A stretch of DNA of 64,000 nucleotides from an uncultured Bacteroidota bacterium (GTDB lineage Bacteria; Bacteroidota; Ignavibacteria; UBA10030): positions 33,190 to 97,189 of the forward strand of contig CAVYRP010000010.1 of NCBI GenBank assembly GCA_963770945.1, given 5' to 3'. Below, piece after piece: positions 59,827 through 64,000 of the stretch (positions are counted from its first letter, which is position 1; the number at the start of each line of letters is the position of its first letter). The position numbers were made by a program, and so were the translations under genes. Below the pieces are notes generated by a model. The model had not been told where the DNA came from. It did not search any database and saw only the letters and a program-made list of their open reading frames with translations.

Positions 59827-62323
59827 TTACTTAATCAAAATCATTTTCCTGACCTGCGAGAATCCTCCCGCGCTCAAACGATAGAAATAAATTCCGCTGG
59901 CAAAACGGCCGGCGTTCCAGACAATCTCATATTTCCCGGGCCTTTTTTCTCCGCTCACCAATGTCTCCACTTCACGCCCAAGCACATCATAAATTTTTAA
60001 CGATACGGATCCGGTTACTCTAAGCTCGAATCTCACTTTCGTCGCCGGGTTGAATGGATTGGGATAATTCTGTTCAAGCGAAAATCGAGCAGGCACAGCG
60101 GATTTTTCTGCAACGTCTGTGCTTATCGAGGGTGTAAAGATCACACTGCTTTCATTTGCCGGAATCCTATCGATATAATCTCCTGTTTCAAGCCAGCTTA
60201 ATCCATTTGTCGAATCCTTTTGAATACCTACCATGATCGCCTGCCGTGTCTCATACAATCCAAATTTCTTAAAGTTGACCGTTATTGAACTATTCGATGC
60301 ATCAAGCACAAGTTGGAATGAATTTGACGTATCACCTTCCGCTTCAAATGTACCGACATTGATCCAGCTCAGAATAAACCGATTACCTGCCGTTTGATAA
60401 AAAATATTTCCGCCGCCGTACGGATCCTTCGGATTCAAATCGTAATCGTTATACGCCACAGCAATCGATGCAGGAAATTTTGTGTTGCCCGGCCAAAATA
60501 CTTCATTACTAAAATATCCGAACGAACTCAAAGAAGGATATCCGCTGTCAGTGATATTGAGAGCCTTTTGTGTAAAACTCACAAGACCGTTTATTCCGAC
60601 ATATATCGAATCGTATTTACTCCCGTAGTATGTGAACTCAAGCCCCAGCGGGATTGCATCTGCCGAATATCCGTCATCAAGAGATGAATCGCGGCTTGCA
60701 GTGCCGTTCATCCAATTCTGAATAGCGGTACCCGATTTTGAGATATCTACCCATGAATAAGTTGTCTTGCTTGCAGAATAATCGTTTGCTAACGAAACGC
60801 CCGGAACAATCTTGACATCGAACTGGATTGAATCCCCGTTAGCACTGCCGATATTTTTAATAGACAATCCTCCAGGAAGCCCGTCGCTTAGAAAACTGAC
60901 AGGATTAGTGGTATCATCTATCGCAGTCCGGCCGGAATCGCTGCTAAAAAATGCCCGGGATGATCTGCCGTTATTCCAGAGTGTTCCATCCGGACGAAAT
61001 ACGTAAATTTCATCGGGAGGACCTGAGACATTACCGCTTACTCGCTCGTTTATCCGGTAAACAATTAATCCGCTTCCCGGAAGCTCACTTTCGTAAAAGC
61101 CTGCCTTTTTCCGAAACTCAAGAACGAAATATTCCCTTACACTTCTCGGCGATTTTATTTTATACACATTGTTTGTTGGAGAGGACGACACTTTAAGCCA
61201 GTAAGTACCATCGGAGGAAATTTCCGGAATCGAAGAAATCCATTGGCCGTATTTATATTTCATATAATTTGTCATATGTGCATTGCCGCTGCTCATAATA
61301 TCCCATGAGCCGCATGGATCGATAGCTGTATTGAAATAACGGTAGAGATCCGGCATGCCTATGCTATGTCCTGTTTCGTGGCAGAGCACTCCTACAGTCA
61401 AGCATTTTTTCAAGCTGAAAATTGTATGATGAAACTGTCTTTCCATTAATTTGAATCTCGGGCGACGACGGCATCGAGGACTTATGCGGCCATAAAAGAT
61501 CCGACCAGCCCGCGGCAGTGCCGGAAACAATAAAGGTCACATTATCCACTTTTCCGTCTCCATCGCTGTCTAGATTAAGGGAACTCGGGATGTGCGGCGT
61601 AATATCTGTGAGCGCGTCACTTAGAAGCTTATCTTCGCGCCTGTAACTATCTGCATCCGATGTATATCCGTTAGGATTCGTGATCTTGTCGTACTTGAGA
61701 TAATACCCGCGCTGAAAGGTATTCTGATACGAAACTATCATATTCCCTGAACTCTGATATATATAACTCGATACCGTAAGCTGGTCCCATGAAACTTCTT
61801 TATAATAATGTTTGAGCGACGGCCCGGAGGTCGAATTAAATAGAGAATTATATTCGCTGACGGAACCGGTAAATTCGTCCTCATATTTAAAACGAATGAA
61901 GACCACAAGATTGGAAAATTCACTGCTCTGAACACTACTCTTTGAAACCTTCGACAAATATGCTGCTTCTGCAAGTGTTTGTCGTTGTTTTAAATATGAT
62001 GGAAAAACATTTACGCCCGGTGTCAATCCGGCAGTTTTAGGGTCGCTCCTGCCGACAATAGAAGATGATGGAAAAAGTTCTCCCTTACCCATAATCGCAT
62101 AGACATAATAATGCGAGGATGAATCCTGGATGATAGTATAATTATCTTTATCGTGCACCCAATTATAGAACTCATCGCCGCTTGCAAATACGTGCAATCG
62201 TGTTCCATCCGGCTGTACAAGCTCGATAGGAACAAATGATAGCGGCGCCGGCCATAGTATTGAAACGGCGAGAACTTGAATAATCAAAAGTGCAGAAATC
62301 CTTAAAATCCGGAATCGGGACAT
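59827..62323 (-). pseudogene. secreted M6-family (immune inhibitor A-like) metalloprotease with T9SS C-terminal sorting domain, frame broken once
   Basis: ORF 61364..62323 (signal peptide and M6 N-terminal region) joins ORF 59827..61530 at ..NFQLEKMLD/VGVLCHETGHSIGMPDLY (HExxH). The C-terminal ..FSLEQNYPNPFNPATKVRFEL..GIYFYRL..KMILIK is a type-A T9SS tail. The shift lies near 61405. Confidence 0.8.
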
Positions 62324-62462
62324 AATTATATCCTCTGTGTTGTAAGTAACTTTATGTTAATGCAACCATTGTATTGACAGATCATATATAGGAATATTAC
62401 AGGTAATTTTTGCGAATAGCCAGTGAAGGATTTATTAATCGTTTCTACTATCGGAAAGTTAG

Positions 62463-62744
62463 TATAGGATTGCGTTAAGTGATGGAGCGACACACTGGAC
62501 TGAACAAGAACAAAAAAAAGATCGTGCGAGGCAAGATTATATCGAAGCTTTAGGTATTCGGGTACTGAGATTTACAAACGATGATATTTATACAAATAAA
62601 GACGGTGTATTAAACACGATATATACAGTCTTAGAAGAGAAAGAAAAATATATAAATGGCATTGAGAAATACTTGATAATCGACCACCTCCTGCCCCCTC
62701 CTCATTTGAGGAGGGGAGAAAGGGGTGGTGAAGTTGCACGATGA
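62463..62744 (+). pseudogene. 3' remnant of a DUF559 (Vsr-like endonuclease) gene, no start codon
   Basis: Open frame from the stop at 62460-62: ..DGATHWTEQEQKKDRARQDYIEALGIRVLRFTNDDIYTNKDGVLNTI..PPPHLRRGERGG*. The N-terminal two thirds of the domain are missing. It contains the GC-rich hairpin CCCCTCCTC-ATTT-GAGGAGGGG (62695-62716). Confidence 0.55.
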
Positions 62745-62957
62745 ATTTTTGAAATTTCTGCGTCTAATAAAAAAGAAAAAAGTCTCAGTTTAGTGCGGTC
62801 AGGTGGAATGACTAAAATATTGAATCGTGCCCTGCACGATTGCATTCTCAGGCCTCCGGCTGTCCTGACCGATAATATTGAGTGTCGGGAAGCAATTCCC
62901 GACACCACAAACATATTTATTACTAAAAAAAGGACAATCTCTTTGATTGTCCTTTTG

Positions 62958-63034
62958 TGGACCGTATCGGGCTCGAACCGATGACCTTCCCGTCACGACT
63001 CCGTCGTGTCGGGACACTCTCCAGATTTGATGCG
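62958..63034 (-). ncRNA. tRNA-like element 1 (tRNA-Ala 3' part with the anticodon arm replaced by a long helix; no 5' acceptor strand)
   Basis: Minus strand: ..AUCUGGAGAGUGUCCCGACACGACGGAGUCGUGACGGGAAGGUCAUCGGUUCGAGCCCGAUACGGUCCA. The last 35 nt are identical to tRNA-Ala. It could equally be a pseudogene or an att scar. Confidence 0.5.
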
Positions 63035-63195
63035 TTTTTCGATATACTTTCTGCTTCTTAATTACGACATCATTAGGACTACATTCGCAATATTGTGTTC
63101 AGTAAGCATTTAATATCGAGTGTCGGGAAGCTTCCGGACACTACAAACATATGTATACTAGTATAAAAAAGGACAATCCTTCGATTGTCCTTTTG

Positions 63196-63272
63196 TGGAC
63201 CGTATCGGGCTCGAACCGATGACCTTCCCGTCACGACTCCGTCGTGTCGGGACGCTCTCCAGATTTGATGAG
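63196..63272 (-). ncRNA. tRNA-like element 2 (same architecture as element 1)
   Basis: Same sequence as element 1 except for a few substitutions (GAGAGCGUCC versus GAGAGUGUCC, plus differences in the 5' flank). Confidence 0.5.
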
Positions 63273-63331
63273 TCTTTCGATATACTTTCTGCTTCTTAAT
63301 AAGAAAGGACAATCCTTCGATTGTCCTTTTG

Positions 63332-63405
63332 TGGACCGTATCGGGCTCGAACCGATGACCTCCACAATGCCATTGTGGCGCTCTCCCATGCTGAGCTAAC
63401 GGCCC
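63332..63405 (-). tRNA. tRNA-Ala (anticodon GGC)
   Basis: 74-nt cloverleaf GGGCCGT-TA-GCTC-AGCATGGGA-GAGC-G-CCACA-ATGGCAT-TGTGG-AGGTC-ATCGG-TTCGAGC-CCGAT-ACGGTCC-A. The G3:U70 identity pair is present. Confidence 0.9.
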
Positions 63406-63521
63406 ATTATTGTTCAAAATATACCCAAGGATCAGGGCAAAGTCAATCAGAAATTCATTGCGAAGGAACTGAGTTTTCAGTACTTTATAATTTATACTAA
63501 CGAACGAAACTGAAAAACTTT

Positions 63522-63929
63522 ATGACACGACTTCTTATATTTTTGCTCTTCATTTGGATTACTATTTTTGCTTTAAGCGGACTTACTTCCTGCAAAGATA
63601 CAATAACGGATTCATCAGAAATAATATTTCCCGATGATAGTATAAGTTATTCAAAATACATCGGCCCGTTATTCCAGCAGAAATGTGCACGTTCACCATG
63701 TCATGTTAGCAATAGTACAGACACGGATTTAAATCTCGAATACCCTTCATACTCAGCGCTGCTTAATAAGCCGGGACTCGTCATTCCCAGAAATGCAAAT
63801 CAAAGTGCTCTGGCTCAACATTTAGACGGCCGATTATCTCCCATGCCGCCGCCCAATTTCCCTCAGTTAACGCAAAATCAAATCACCGGAATAAAAAAAT
63901 GGATTGATGAAGGTGCAAAAAATAATTGA
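63522..63929 (+). CDS. hypothetical lipoprotein with a cytochrome-c-like C-x4-CH segment
   Basis: 135 aa. Lipobox LSGLTSC. FQQKCARSPCH resembles the PSCyt-type haem-binding context, but the spacing is not canonical CxxCH. Confidence 0.35.
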   Translation: MTRLLIFLLFIWITIFALSGLTSCKDTITDSSEIIFPDDSISYSKYIGPLFQQKCARSPCHVSNSTDTDLNLEYPSYSALLNKPGLVIPRNANQSALAQHLDGRLSPMPPPNFPQLTQNQITGIKKWIDEGAKNN

Positions 63930-64000
63930 TATCCGATCATTACAAATTTCTTGCATCTCTTCCCCAATTTAGTTTTCTTCGCAGAACATCATAATAGCTG

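Larger units (their letters stand above)
62879..63331 (-). repeat. two tandem about 183-nt units (62879-63061, 63118-63300), each = 5' flank + tRNA-Ala-like 3' portion + terminator + GTGTCGGGA hairpin, abutting the terminator of the genuine tRNA-Ala
   Basis: Direct reading shows the units are near-identical, with a period of 239 nt. The terminator AAAGGACAATC-N4/5-GATTGTCCTTT occurs three times (62929-55, 63168-93, 63304-29). Hairpins lie at 62882-62905 and 63120-63141. Confidence 0.8.

Noticed and set aside
3028-62323. Programmed ribosomal frameshifting for the split genes
   Set aside because: There are too many sites (about 30) in unrelated genes, with no shared slippery heptamer or downstream structure, and both +1 and -1 events occur. 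Random indels are the simpler explanation.
62879-63331. A CRISPR array as explanation for the tandem repeats
   Set aside because: There are only two units with a period of about 239 nt. The units are about 183 nt long and homologous to a tRNA plus terminator. There are no 25-40-nt repeat/spacer alternation and no cas genes in the window.
62702-63417. ORFs 62702..62914, 62793..62984, 62799..63017 and 63079..63417
   Set aside because: They translate straight through tRNA-Ala, the tRNA-like elements, terminator hairpins and palindromes. The repeated peptide SRHDGVVTGRSSVRARYGPQKDN simply reflects the repeated RNA-like unit.

Overview
Low-GC bacterial chromosome segment (about 23-40% GC in hand-counted lines). 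It is probably from the Ignavibacteria / Bacteroidota-Chlorobi (FCB) lineage. The hints are a T9SS C-terminal sorting tail (..NYPNPFNP..), many lipoproteins and a DUF559 remnant. All homology calls come from motifs I recognise by eye; no searches were run. Nearly all genes are on the minus strand.

Gene content, left to right:
- AKR, an outer-membrane protein, and SpmA/SpmB-like genes.
- An ECF sigma / anti-sigma / Spy-like / RND efflux operon.
- mnmA.
- A 14-kb redox operon that mixes HdrABC/MvhD, MetF/MetV and archaeal-type glutamate synthase modules.
- nadE and two phosphoesterases.
- A HipB-HipS-HipT-like toxin-antitoxin locus with three palindromic operators.
- A sharply GC-rich (about 60-65%) P3A-type P-type ATPase.
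- nikR, a TonB-dependent receptor and a cupin gene.
- A 1116-aa GH18/deacetylase/GT2 exopolysaccharide synthase fusion.
- tRNA-Phe, acyl-CoA dehydrogenase, an SDR, glmS and a 1298-aa histidine kinase.
- pyrR-pyrB-pyrC with a PyrR attenuator, and tRNA-Val.
- An M6 metalloprotease with a T9SS tail.
- tRNA-Ala, followed by two tandem tRNA-Ala-derived tRNA-like modules.

About 30 single-base frame breaks interrupt otherwise well-conserved genes, so assembly indels or real gene decay must be resolved before any functional claim. No CRISPR array, integrase or transposase was seen.

The most unusual signals are:
- the tRNA-like tandem modules;
- the Hdr/MetFV/GOGAT hybrid operon;
- a diverged 230-bp tRNA-trailer module that occurs twice, bracketing about 10 kb;
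- the foreign-GC ATPase inserted exactly at the end of one of those copies.
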